Origin: Alistipes sp.
GTDB lineage: Bacteria > Bacteroidota > Bacteroidia > Bacteroidales > Rikenellaceae
Reading direction: 5' to 3'
DNA: 64,000 nucleotides
Assembly (NCBI GenBank): GCA_017503575.1
Contig: JAFVSV010000067.1
Location: 355-64,354, forward strand
In this document: piece by piece, positions 48,878 through 57,816 of the stretch
Position numbering within the stretch: the stretch's first letter is position 1
Layout: each line of letters starts with the position of its first letter
Notes under the pieces: model-generated
The model's database searches: none
The model's input: the letters and a program-made list of their open reading frames with translations, nothing else
Told to the model about the DNA's origin: nothing
Position numbers and translations under genes: made by a program

Positions 48878-49135
48878 GGCTTACGATGAAAATCGTTAAG
48901 TCGATATATGGTTGTGCATTATTAACTATTCTTCTGCGACCCAAAACTTCGCAAATTTTGTCAACAGGAGGAACGGTGATAGGCGCCACATGCGATGTTA
49001 TATCGTCTGCACTACGTTTATGGCGTGGTGTGTGCTTGTATATACATCTGGCGTGGGTTGTCTGTCACTTATCCTTGTTGACGGGCAGCGAAGGCCTTGG
49101 GCGCGGGGTAAGCGGACAGTAGCCTGCGCTTTTTT
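48878..49135 (+). ncRNA. Candidate long structured RNA/leader (GAAA hairpin plus ~215-nt rod plus U-tract)
   Basis: TAtcTTTG at 48866-48873; hairpin 48878-48902; nested helices 48914-49129 with many G.U pairs; T6 at 49130-49135. Confidence 0.65.
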
Positions 49136-49591
49136 ATGGACTTATCCGGAAATAAAAGCCTATTAGATAGGGACTTGGTGGCATTCTTCGCTTCGCGCAC
49201 CTCACCACCCGAGGCACTCGCACTCGCTCGCCGCTGGGCATACGAAGTAGCCCATACCGATAGGGTCGTCATCAGCGGCTTCCACTCACCCATAGAGCGT
49301 GCCGTATTGGATATCCTCCTTGCCGAGGGGTGCTCGGTAGTAGTCACATTGGGGCGCTCACTATATCGCAGAGTACCTGCGCATCTGCAATCTCCTTTCG
49401 ACGAGGGCAGAGTGCTATTTGTATCGTTTAGAGATTATACACGCCCATCCCTCTCAAACTCGCAACTCCGCAACTGGCTCACCGCCGACCTTGCCACCGA
49501 AATCGTCTTTGCACCCTTCGACAGCCGCAGCCAGCTATCGACACTACATCACTCGCTCATCCACAGTCATATACGTTGCTCGCTACTTTAG
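49136..49591 (+). CDS. Stand-alone SLOG/DprA(Smf)-like domain protein
   Basis: GNKSLLDRDLVAFFASR...VVISGFHSPIERAVL...RN; lacks the SAM and HTH domains of full DprA. Confidence 0.7.
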   Translation: MDLSGNKSLLDRDLVAFFASRTSPPEALALARRWAYEVAHTDRVVISGFHSPIERAVLDILLAEGCSVVVTLGRSLYRRVPAHLQSPFDEGRVLFVSFRDYTRPSLSNSQLRNWLTADLATEIVFAPFDSRSQLSTLHHSLIHSHIRCSLL

Positions 49592-49675
49592 CCTGCGTCG
49601 TGGTAGTTTACCGCACTATTTTGTTGCCCAACACAAAAAATTGTGCAAATCACTTGCAAAGTAAAAAATAATCTC

Positions 49676-49712
49676 TACCTTTGTTAACAGAATTGTTAAA
49701 CAATATTGTTGA
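49676..49712 (+). promoter_or_regulatory. -7 promoter and tandem TetR operators
   Basis: TAccTTTG at 49676-49683; TTAACA-N4-TGTTAA at 49684-49699; TAAACA-N4-TGTTGA at 49697-49712. Confidence 0.65.
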
Positions 49713-50348
49713 ATGACAAAAAATAGCAATACGACAGAGAGGCAGAACAAAGAGCAGGAGATACTTGCGGCTGCCGAGCACGAGTTCCTAACCAAGGGTT
49801 ATGATGGTGCGCGTACGACATCCATTGCCCAGACTGCTGGCGTTACGCACGCCATGCTCCACTACTACTTCCGCACCAAGGAGCAACTCTTCGAGCGCAT
49901 CGTCGACGAGAAGTTCGCACAGATGTCGCACTCTATGTTCGCCATATTAGGTGACCCCTCGTTGCCCATCATCGAGCGTCTCAAGGGTGGTATAGCTGCT
50001 CACTTCGACTTTATCGCCGAGAACCCACAGCTACCACGCTTCGTAATCAACGAAATCGTCTCACGCCCCGAGCGTTACGAGGTGCTATACAAGCGCGCAG
50101 GTGCGATTATAGATGGAGTATACAAGGGGCTTCAGGAGGAGATAGACCGTGCGGCAAAGCGAGGCGAAATGGAGCCAACAGATGTGCGCATGCTCTTCAT
50201 AAGCATCATGTCGCTCAACGTCTTCACCTTTGTGGCATACCCCTTTATGGAACCACTTATGGGCGAACTGATGGCCGACCGTGACCGCTTCCTCGCCCAG
50301 CGTAAGACCGAAAACATCGAGACTATCATTCGAAGAATAAAACGATAA
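49713..50348 (+). CDS. TetR/AcrR transcriptional regulator
   Basis: HTH EILAAAEHEFLTKGYDGARTTSIAQTAGVTHAMLHYYFRTKEQL. Confidence 0.93.
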   Translation: MTKNSNTTERQNKEQEILAAAEHEFLTKGYDGARTTSIAQTAGVTHAMLHYYFRTKEQLFERIVDEKFAQMSHSMFAILGDPSLPIIERLKGGIAAHFDFIAENPQLPRFVINEIVSRPERYEVLYKRAGAIIDGVYKGLQEEIDRAAKRGEMEPTDVRMLFISIMSLNVFTFVAYPFMEPLMGELMADRDRFLAQRKTENIETIIRRIKR

Positions 50349-50354
50349 CGAGCC

Positions 50355-51632
50355 ATGAAACAATCACTATTAACGCTGCTTATGGTCGTCAGCACGATGT
50401 GTGCGAGTGCACAGTCGCTCGAGGAGTGTCGACAGCTCGCCCGCGAACACTACCCCGAGATTGCGCAATACAACCTCATCGACCAGACCGAGCAGTATAA
50501 TATCTCGAATGCTGCGCGTGCATGGATACCGCAGGTGATGGTATCGGCGCAGGCGACATATCAGTCGGCGACACCCACATACCCCGAGGCTTTCAGCAAT
50601 ATACTCACCGCCAATGGAGTAGAGATGGCGGGCATACGCAACGACCAATACAAGGTTGCGGTAGACATATCGCAAAATATCTGGGATGGCGGCATCTCGA
50701 AGGCAAACAAGGCAATAGCCACTGCCGAGGCCTCGGAGCAGCGTAGCCGTGTAGATGTATCGCTCTACGACCTGCAATCGCGTGTCGACAACCTCTACTT
50801 TGGCATATTGCTTCTCGACGAGCGCATGGCACAGACCGAGACGCTTATAGCTGTGCTTGAAAGCAACCTCGCGCGTATGCGTGCGTATCATAGTAATGGT
50901 ATGGCGATGCAGGCGGATGTCGATGCCATAGAGGCGGAGCTTCTAACGGCCAAACAAGGACTCGGACAGATAGAGTCGTCGCGTGCAAGTTACCGCAGGA
51001 TGTTGGAGGTATTTATTGGCACACCCCTCACCGATGAGAGCTTGGAGCGACCCTCGATGCCCACACTCGCATGTCGCATATCGGCACGCCCCGAACTTCG
51101 CATGTTCGAGGCACAAGAGAACCTAATAGAGGCGAAGCGAAGCGCGATAACCTCTTCGGTAATGCCCCGCTTCAGCGCCTTTGCGCAGGGGTACTACGGT
51201 TATCCAGGCATGGATATGTTCAAGAGTATGATGTCGTCGGAGTGGTCTCTAAATGGCATGATTGGCGTGCGCATGTCATGGAACATTGGCGCATTCTACA
51301 CCAAGCGTAATAACCTCCAGAAGCTCAATGTTGCGGAGCAGCAGGTGGCCGTACAGCGCGACGTATTCCTCTTTAACAACGAGATGCAAAGCGTTCAATA
51401 CGATGGCGAGATAGCACGCCTCGAGAAGGCAATCAAGGATGACGACCGCATCGTAGAGCTACGCCGCAATGTACGCATGGCTGCCGAGTCGCAACTCGAG
51501 AATGGAGTGATTGACGCAACAGACCTACTGCGGAAAATTACCGACGAGACAGCGGCAATGCTCCAGCGTAGCACCCACGAGATAGAACTTTTACAGGCAA
51601 CATACGGACTTAAAACAACACTAAACCAATAG
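50355..51632 (+). CDS. TolC-family outer-membrane efflux protein
   Basis: Signal peptide, QNIWDGG, OEP repeat pattern and operon context. Confidence 0.9.
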   Translation: MKQSLLTLLMVVSTMCASAQSLEECRQLAREHYPEIAQYNLIDQTEQYNISNAARAWIPQVMVSAQATYQSATPTYPEAFSNILTANGVEMAGIRNDQYKVAVDISQNIWDGGISKANKAIATAEASEQRSRVDVSLYDLQSRVDNLYFGILLLDERMAQTETLIAVLESNLARMRAYHSNGMAMQADVDAIEAELLTAKQGLGQIESSRASYRRMLEVFIGTPLTDESLERPSMPTLACRISARPELRMFEAQENLIEAKRSAITSSVMPRFSAFAQGYYGYPGMDMFKSMMSSEWSLNGMIGVRMSWNIGAFYTKRNNLQKLNVAEQQVAVQRDVFLFNNEMQSVQYDGEIARLEKAIKDDDRIVELRRNVRMAAESQLENGVIDATDLLRKITDETAAMLQRSTHEIELLQATYGLKTTLNQ

Positions 51633-51635
51633 ATT

Positions 51636-52520
51636 ATGAGACGATTAGCATATATAGTCTTGGCGCTCCTTGTCGTATCGTGCGACGAGGAGGCGAAGTA
51701 CGACGCACAGGGTACATTCGAGGCAACGGAGATAGTTGTATCTGCCGAGGGTACGGGGCGCATCCTTAACTTCGACGTCGAGGAGGGCATGCCCGTAGTT
51801 ATGGGCGAGAGGGTTGGCAATATAGATAGCGCACAGCTACACCTACAACGCCGACAGCTTGTAGCACAGCAGGAGGCATTGCTCGGCTCTCGTCCCGACA
51901 TTAAGACACAGGTGGCATCGATACGCGAGCAGATAGCGACGCAGAAGAGCGAGTTGGCGCGTGTCGAGAAGATGTTATGCGATGGCGCAGCAACAGAGAA
52001 GCAGCGCGACGACCTGGCAGCGAGCATCAGGCTCTTGGAGAGTCAGCTCGAGGCTACCCTATCGACGCTCAACATAAACACCGCAACGATAAATAGCAAT
52101 GCCGTAGCCTTGGAGGCGCAGATAGCAGCCCTCGACGATAGGCTCGCAAAGTGCCGCATAGCATCGCCCATAAGTGGCACCGTGTTGGTAAAGTATGCCG
52201 AGGCGGGGGAGCTTGCAACCGTAGGCAAGCCACTGATGAGGATTGCCAATCTCGATGATATGTACCTACGCGCATACTTCACATCTGACCAGCTCGACGA
52301 CATCAAGCTCGGAGACACGGTGACCGTCGTTGCCGACTTCGGAGAGGATAATCGTTACGAATACGAGGGTCGCATAGCATGGATATCATCCGAGAGTGAG
52401 TTTACACCCAAGACCATACAGACCAAGGAGTCGCGAGCAAATCTCGTATATGCTGTGAAGATTGCCGTAGAGAATGACGGCAGACTGAAGATAGGCATGG
52501 CTGGCGAAGTGATACTATAA
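51636..52520 (+). CDS. HlyD-family membrane fusion protein
   Basis: IASPISGTVL and SEFTPKTIQT...LVYAVKI. Confidence 0.92.
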   Translation: MRRLAYIVLALLVVSCDEEAKYDAQGTFEATEIVVSAEGTGRILNFDVEEGMPVVMGERVGNIDSAQLHLQRRQLVAQQEALLGSRPDIKTQVASIREQIATQKSELARVEKMLCDGAATEKQRDDLAASIRLLESQLEATLSTLNINTATINSNAVALEAQIAALDDRLAKCRIASPISGTVLVKYAEAGELATVGKPLMRIANLDDMYLRAYFTSDQLDDIKLGDTVTVVADFGEDNRYEYEGRIAWISSESEFTPKTIQTKESRANLVYAVKIAVENDGRLKIGMAGEVIL

Positions 52521-52522
52521 CC

Positions 52523-53422
52523 ATGAATGCCATAGAGATACATAACCTCTCGAAGAGCTACGGCAAGCATAAGGCGCTTGACGACATATCGTTCGATGTG
52601 CGGCAGGGGGAGTTGTTTGGACTTATCGGCCCCGATGGCGCGGGCAAGACCACACTATTTCGTCTCCTCACGACACTGCTGCGTCCAAGCGCTGGTAGCG
52701 CAACAGTCGATGGCCACGATATAGTCAAGGAGTATCGTGCCATACGCTCGTGCGTGGGGTATATGCCTGGGCGCTTCTCCCTATACGGCGACCTCTCGGT
52801 GGAGGAGAACCTTAACTTCTTTGCCGCCATGTTTGGCGTTACAGTAGCCGAGTCGTACGACCTTATAGCGCCGATATACAGCCAGATAGAACCCTTCCGC
52901 AAGCGTCGCGCAGGCAAACTATCGGGAGGTATGAAGCAGAAACTCGCCCTATCGTGTGCACTCATTCACCGCCCCAAGGTGTTGCTCCTCGATGAGCCGA
53001 CGACTGGTGTTGATGCCGTATCGCGTAGCGAGTTCTGGGATATGCTCGCAGGACTTAAGGAGCACGGCATAACCATCCTCGTCTCGACACCATACATGGA
53101 CGAGGCGTCACGATGCGAGCGCATAGCACTGTGCAACGAGGGGCGCATACTCGGTATAGACACCCCAACGAATATCGTCAAAGCCTTCGACAAGCGACTC
53201 TACGGTGTTAGCGCCCGCAACATGTACTCGCTACTCGACAGGATGCGACATACGAAGGGTGTTGTCGACTGCTACCCCTTTGGCGAGCGCCACCACATGG
53301 TGGTCGACGAGGAATGCGACATAGAGCACCTTAAAATGGAGTGCACAGATATTGAGAGCTTTAATATTGTATCTGCGGAGCCTACCATCGAGGATATGTT
53401 TATTAAATTGATGAAGCGATGA
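52523..53422 (+). CDS. ABC transporter ATP-binding protein
   Basis: GPDGAGKTT, LSGGMKQK and LDEPTTG. Confidence 0.95.
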   Translation: MNAIEIHNLSKSYGKHKALDDISFDVRQGELFGLIGPDGAGKTTLFRLLTTLLRPSAGSATVDGHDIVKEYRAIRSCVGYMPGRFSLYGDLSVEENLNFFAAMFGVTVAESYDLIAPIYSQIEPFRKRRAGKLSGGMKQKLALSCALIHRPKVLLLDEPTTGVDAVSRSEFWDMLAGLKEHGITILVSTPYMDEASRCERIALCNEGRILGIDTPTNIVKAFDKRLYGVSARNMYSLLDRMRHTKGVVDCYPFGERHHMVVDEECDIEHLKMECTDIESFNIVSAEPTIEDMFIKLMKR

Positions 53423-54159
53423 GCGATGTTGTTATAAGCGTAAGAGAGCTCACCAAGCGCTTTGGTGACTTTACGGCCGTCGACCGCATATCGTTCGATG
53501 TGCATAGGGGCGAAATCTTTGGTTTCCTCGGCGCTAACGGCGCGGGTAAGACCACGGCGATGCGCATGTTGTGCGGCCTGAGCTACCCCACATCGGGCAG
53601 TGGCACCGTCGCAGGCTTCGATGTCATGCGCGAGGGTGAGAAGATAAAGCGACATATAGGCTACATGAGTCAGCGTTTCTCGCTCTACAACGACCTTACG
53701 GTATGGGAGAATATGCATCTCTTCGCAGGCATCTACGGGCTTACGAAGCGCGAGACCGAGGTGCGTGCCGTGGAGCTTCTCACACGCCTCAACTTCAGCC
53801 AAGAGCGCAACACCCTTGTGGGATCACTACCTCTCGGCTGGAAGCAGAAGCTATCCTTCGCCATAGCCACGATACATCGCCCCGAGGTTGTCTTCTTGGA
53901 TGAGCCTACGGGAGGTGTCGACCCTGTTACGAGACGTCAGTTCTGGGAGATGATATACGAGGCCACAGAGGGCGGTACAACAATCTTCGTCACGACGCAC
54001 TATATGGACGAGGCGGAGTACTGCTCGCGCGTATCAATCATGGTAGATGGCGAGGTACGAGCCTTGGATACGCCAGCACACCTAAAACAACAATTCGGCG
54101 CCGAGTCAATGGATGAGGTATTCCGCACATTGGCACGCGGTGCACAGAGAGGAGAGTAA
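53419..54159 (+). CDS. ABC transporter ATP-binding protein (YbhF-like second half)
   Basis: GANGAGKTT, LPLGWKQK and LDEPTGG. Confidence 0.95.
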   Translation: MSDVVISVRELTKRFGDFTAVDRISFDVHRGEIFGFLGANGAGKTTAMRMLCGLSYPTSGSGTVAGFDVMREGEKIKRHIGYMSQRFSLYNDLTVWENMHLFAGIYGLTKRETEVRAVELLTRLNFSQERNTLVGSLPLGWKQKLSFAIATIHRPEVVFLDEPTGGVDPVTRRQFWEMIYEATEGGTTIFVTTHYMDEAEYCSRVSIMVDGEVRALDTPAHLKQQFGAESMDEVFRTLARGAQRGE

Positions 54160-54162
54160 CAG

Positions 54163-55257
54163 ATGAGACACAACTTTGGATCATTCGTAAAGAAGGAGTC
54201 GCTACACATACTCCGCGATAAGCGCACGATGCTCGTCGTGATGCTTATCCCCGTTGTGCTTATGGTGCTCTTCGGCTTTGCCATATCTACGGAGGTGAAC
54301 AACGTGAATGTTGCCGTCGTAGCCCCCGAGCGCACCGATGGCGTCAGCGACGCTGTGGAGCGTCTCGCGCATAACGACTACTTCACATTCTGTGGATATA
54401 TCGACGAGAGTGAGATAGACAAAGAGCTGCGTACGGGCGAGGTGGGCGCCGTTGTGGTCTTCGCCACCGACTACGACAGACGCGTAGCACAGATGGCCGA
54501 GGGTGTGCCCACAGCACCTCTTATTCAGCTTATTGTCGACGCCTCGAATATAAACACCGCAAGCTCGGCAACGACATATATGCAGGGCGTACTTCTCGGC
54601 ACACAGTCGCAGCAGGCGATGTTCGAGACACGCATGATGTTTAACCCGCAGATGAGGTCGGCGTACAACTTCGTGCCAGGCATCATGGGTCTTATCTTCA
54701 TCCTCGTATGTGCGATGATGACCTCAGTATCTATCGTGAGAGAGAAAGAGATGGGCACCATGGAGGTGCTACTCGTATCGCCCGTGCGCCCCGTGAAGAT
54801 TATCTTCGCTAAGATGATACCCTACTTTGCCATCTCGTGCGTGGTACTTGTCTCCATACTGCTCCTTGCACGCTACCTATTAGGTGTGCCTATGAGCGGT
54901 GGCGTGTGGGGCATCTTCTCGCTATCGCTTCTATATCTGATGCTATCACTCGCGCTCGGACTGCTTGTCTCGACCATCGCCAAGACGCAGATGGCAGCAC
55001 TCCTCATCTCCGCAATGGTGATGATGATGCCCATACTTATGCTCTCGGGCATGCTATTCCCTATCGAAAATCTACCCATCTTCTTTCAGTGGGTGTCGAA
55101 CATAGTCCCCGCACGATGGTATATCGACGCGGTGCGTAAGATGATGATACAGGGGTTGCCCATGATGGCCGTATGGAAGAATTGTGCCATCCTGCTCGGC
55201 ATGACTGTGGTAATAATGGGCGTATCGCTCAAGAAGTTTAACGATAAATTGGAGTAG
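54163..55257 (+). CDS. ABC-2 permease (YbhS-like)
   Basis: KESLHILRD and REKEMGTMEVLLVSP. Confidence 0.92.
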   Translation: MRHNFGSFVKKESLHILRDKRTMLVVMLIPVVLMVLFGFAISTEVNNVNVAVVAPERTDGVSDAVERLAHNDYFTFCGYIDESEIDKELRTGEVGAVVVFATDYDRRVAQMAEGVPTAPLIQLIVDASNINTASSATTYMQGVLLGTQSQQAMFETRMMFNPQMRSAYNFVPGIMGLIFILVCAMMTSVSIVREKEMGTMEVLLVSPVRPVKIIFAKMIPYFAISCVVLVSILLLARYLLGVPMSGGVWGIFSLSLLYLMLSLALGLLVSTIAKTQMAALLISAMVMMMPILMLSGMLFPIENLPIFFQWVSNIVPARWYIDAVRKMMIQGLPMMAVWKNCAILLGMTVVIMGVSLKKFNDKLE

Positions 55258-55260
55258 CGT

Positions 55261-56364
55261 ATGCGAGGATTTAAGATGCTGTTACAAAAGGAGTTCTTGC
55301 AGATTCGTCGCAATTCGTTTCTGCCCAAGCTCATCATCGCATTCCCCATACTGGTCATGCTTCTCATGCCACTCATAATGACCATGGATGTGCGTAATGT
55401 GAATGTCGCTGTCGTCGACCTCGACCACTCGACAGCCTCGCGCCGCATAGCGTCGCATATAGAGGCCTCGGAGTACCTCACATTGAGCCTTGCCACGGAT
55501 GAGTATGCCGAGGCTCTGGAGGCTTTGGAGCAGGGCGATGTGGATGTCATCGTGCAGATTCCAGACGACTATGAGCGCGATATGGTTGTAGCCACCCCCG
55601 AGCGCATAAGCATCACCGCCAATGCTGTGAACGCCACGAAGGGCGGTATCGGCATGCAGTATGTCGTACACTCTATCGCTCATACGCTTAAGGAGCTACG
55701 CGGCGAGAAGAGCCCTGCGACACTCTCGGAGATGGTCACCGTAGAAAACCGCTATAACCCAACGCTCAACTACCGCCACTATATGATTCCGGCGCTGATG
55801 ATAATCCTCTTCATCCTTATATGTGGCTTCCTGCCAGCATTGAGCATCGTTGGCGAGAAGGAGAGTGGCACCATCGAGCAGATTAACGTCTCGCCCGTCT
55901 CGCGCCTCACCTTCACGCTCGCCAAGCTTGTGCCATACTGGATTATAGGACTCTTCGTCGTGACGATAGCCATGCTTGTCGCCTACCTTGTTTATGGCCT
56001 TGCGCCCACGGGCTCAGTGTGGACGATATACCTTGGTGCGCTACTCTTCATATTGACCATCTCGGGCTTCAGCCTTACGATAGCCAACTTCTCGGAGACC
56101 ATGCAGCAGACGATGTTTGTGATGTTCTTCTTCATCATGATTTTCATGCTGATGAGTGGTCTGCTGACACCCATCGACTCGATGCCGTTGTGGGCACAGC
56201 GCTTCACCATGATACTCCCTCCGCGCTACTATATCGAGATTTTGCGCTCGGTATACCTGAAGGGCACAACTCTTACGGAGCTGTGGGTTAACTTCGCCGC
56301 CTTGGGAGGCTTCGCCATACTCTTCAACACCCTTGCAGCGCTAACCTATAAGAAGCGCTCGTAA
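55261..56364 (+). CDS. ABC-2 permease (YbhR-like)
   Basis: KEFLQIRR and EKESGTIEQINVSP. Confidence 0.92.
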   Translation: MRGFKMLLQKEFLQIRRNSFLPKLIIAFPILVMLLMPLIMTMDVRNVNVAVVDLDHSTASRRIASHIEASEYLTLSLATDEYAEALEALEQGDVDVIVQIPDDYERDMVVATPERISITANAVNATKGGIGMQYVVHSIAHTLKELRGEKSPATLSEMVTVENRYNPTLNYRHYMIPALMIILFILICGFLPALSIVGEKESGTIEQINVSPVSRLTFTLAKLVPYWIIGLFVVTIAMLVAYLVYGLAPTGSVWTIYLGALLFILTISGFSLTIANFSETMQQTMFVMFFFIMIFMLMSGLLTPIDSMPLWAQRFTMILPPRYYIEILRSVYLKGTTLTELWVNFAALGGFAILFNTLAALTYKKRS

Positions 56365-56389
56365 TAACGCTACGGGCGCACTCGATTAT

Positions 56390-56476
56390 CGCCTTGGCGC
56401 GGTGGAGATATTATACTCGTTCGACGACGAGCACTACACGATGATGCGCAACTGCTGGCTCGAGAATAACAAGTAA
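56390..56476 (+). pseudogene. Short remnant of a DUF1349-like gene
   Basis: Frame reads RLGAVEILYSFDDEHYTMMRNCWLENNK* with host-like codons and no start. Resembles the Bacteroidales DUF1349 C-terminal region (from memory). Confidence 0.5.
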
Positions 56477-56499
56477 ACCCTGCAACACATAGCAAAAAG

Positions 56500-56527
56500 A
56501 TGAGGTTGGCCAAGCGGTCAACCTCAT
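56500..56527. terminator. Bidirectional terminator
   Basis: ATGAGGTTGGCC...GGTCAACCTCAT, with an A-run on the left side. Confidence 0.65.
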
Positions 56528-56550
56528 TACAATAAATATGGAAGTGTGAA

Positions 56551-56973
56551 TTACTCTTCAGTGCGCTTATCACAGCACTCTGCCTTCTCACACTCTGCCT
56601 TCTCACACTCTGCCTTCTCGCACTCTGGCTTGTTGCAGCACTCGCTCTTCTCACCCTCGCACTTGCCGCAGCACTCGGTCTTCTCACCCTCGCACTTACC
56701 GCAGCAATCTGTCTTCTCACCCTCGCACTTGCCACAGCACTCTGACTTCTCGCACTCTGCCTTGCAGCACTCGGTCTTCTCACCCTCGCACTTACCGCAG
56801 CAATCAGCCTTCTCGCAATCAGCCTTCTCGGCCTTATCGCAGTTATCGCAGTCGCCACCGTTGGTGCACTCCTCGCACTGCTGGTTCTTATTCTCGTCCT
56901 TCTTCTGCTCGCCACCGCAAGCTACCAATGTGAATGCTGCAAAGAGCATTGCAAATGCAAAAAACTTCTTCAT
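56551..56973 (-). CDS. Cysteine-rich repeat lipoprotein (metallothionein-like composition)
   Basis: Lipobox LVAC; CCGKCEGEK x4; ECEKA repeats; own promoter TAccTTTG at 57033-57026. Confidence 0.8.
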   Translation of the reverse strand: MKKFFAFAMLFAAFTLVACGGEQKKDENKNQQCEECTNGGDCDNCDKAEKADCEKADCCGKCEGEKTECCKAECEKSECCGKCEGEKTDCCGKCEGEKTECCGKCEGEKSECCNKPECEKAECEKAECEKAECCDKRTEE

Positions 56974-57114
56974 AACTCTGTTATTTTAATGTTTTACCTT
57001 TAAGCTCATCACCGATGAACGAGAACAAAGGTAAGTAAAAAAATCTATTTATCCAATAATTTGTGCAAATTGGTTCTTTCGTGCTGTCCTTATGCCTGGC
57101 AACAGCCTATGTGA

Positions 57115-57801
57115 CTACCACTTATTAACCCACTCGGGGTCGTGCTGGTTGCGTCTCATGTTCAGCTTGCCGTAGCTTCGTGCGAGGTCGTCGAGGAAGA
57201 GTAGGTGGCCGAGTGTCGAGTCGCGCTTCATGACGATATAGAGCGTCTCGTCCTTACGCATCTGGTCGCGGAAGGGGCGGTGGTAGAGTAGCGAGTCGCG
57301 AACAAGAGGGTCGAGTTGTAGGCAGTCGACCCTACGGCGCACGTTGGTGAGTGTGGCGAGGTCTATGCTGTCGCGACGAACAAAGGCACCGCTATATGTA
57401 CCTATGAGCCTATTTCGTAGTATCAGCGCCTCCTCACTACTGAGGCAGTCGCCCACCGAGACCTTGAAGTAGGGCTTCTCGTATACGATATAGGAGTTTA
57501 TCTCGGGGTACTCCTTATTGAAGCTCGCGATGATGTCGTCGGCGCGGTCGTGGGCAAACTGTGCATCGTCATAGAAGAGCACCACACGGTAGCCCAACAC
57601 AGCCTTCTTGGTGGGCTGGTTCTCAACAGCGGCGATGGCATCTTGCGTACTGCGGTCCTCAACGACATCGACCCTCGCACCATCAATAGAGCGCAGGCCG
57701 AGTGTACTGCGCATACGCTCGATATTCTGTGCCGAGGCACTACCCATGGTCACAACAACGCCTGCGACCAGTGCTACAATGTTTAGAATAGTTCTATTCA
57801 T
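57115..57801 (-). CDS. SPOR-domain-like secreted protein
   Basis: GYRVVLF...YEKPYFKVSVGDC; signal peptide. Confidence 0.7.
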   Translation of the reverse strand: MNRTILNIVALVAGVVVTMGSASAQNIERMRSTLGLRSIDGARVDVVEDRSTQDAIAAVENQPTKKAVLGYRVVLFYDDAQFAHDRADDIIASFNKEYPEINSYIVYEKPYFKVSVGDCLSSEEALILRNRLIGTYSGAFVRRDSIDLATLTNVRRRVDCLQLDPLVRDSLLYHRPFRDQMRKDETLYIVMKRDSTLGHLLFLDDLARSYGKLNMRRNQHDPEWVNKW

Positions 57802-57816
57802 AATCTTAAAATAACG

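Noticed and set aside
48878-49135. 6S RNA, or a MITE, as the identity of the rod
   Set aside because: It has no large central bubble and is longer than typical 6S RNA. The strand-specific G.U pairs argue against a DNA-level inverted repeat. Not formally excluded without cmscan.
49713-56364. Efflux operon as a novel system
   Set aside because: It is a standard TetR-TolC-HlyD-ABC (YbhGFSR-like) operon, common in Bacteroidales.
56370-56989. CRISPR array, or the alternative ORFs 56370-56915 and 56546-56989
   Set aside because: The repeats are in-frame 15/33-nt coding units without unique spacers. Only the 56551-56973 frame has a signal peptide and promoter.
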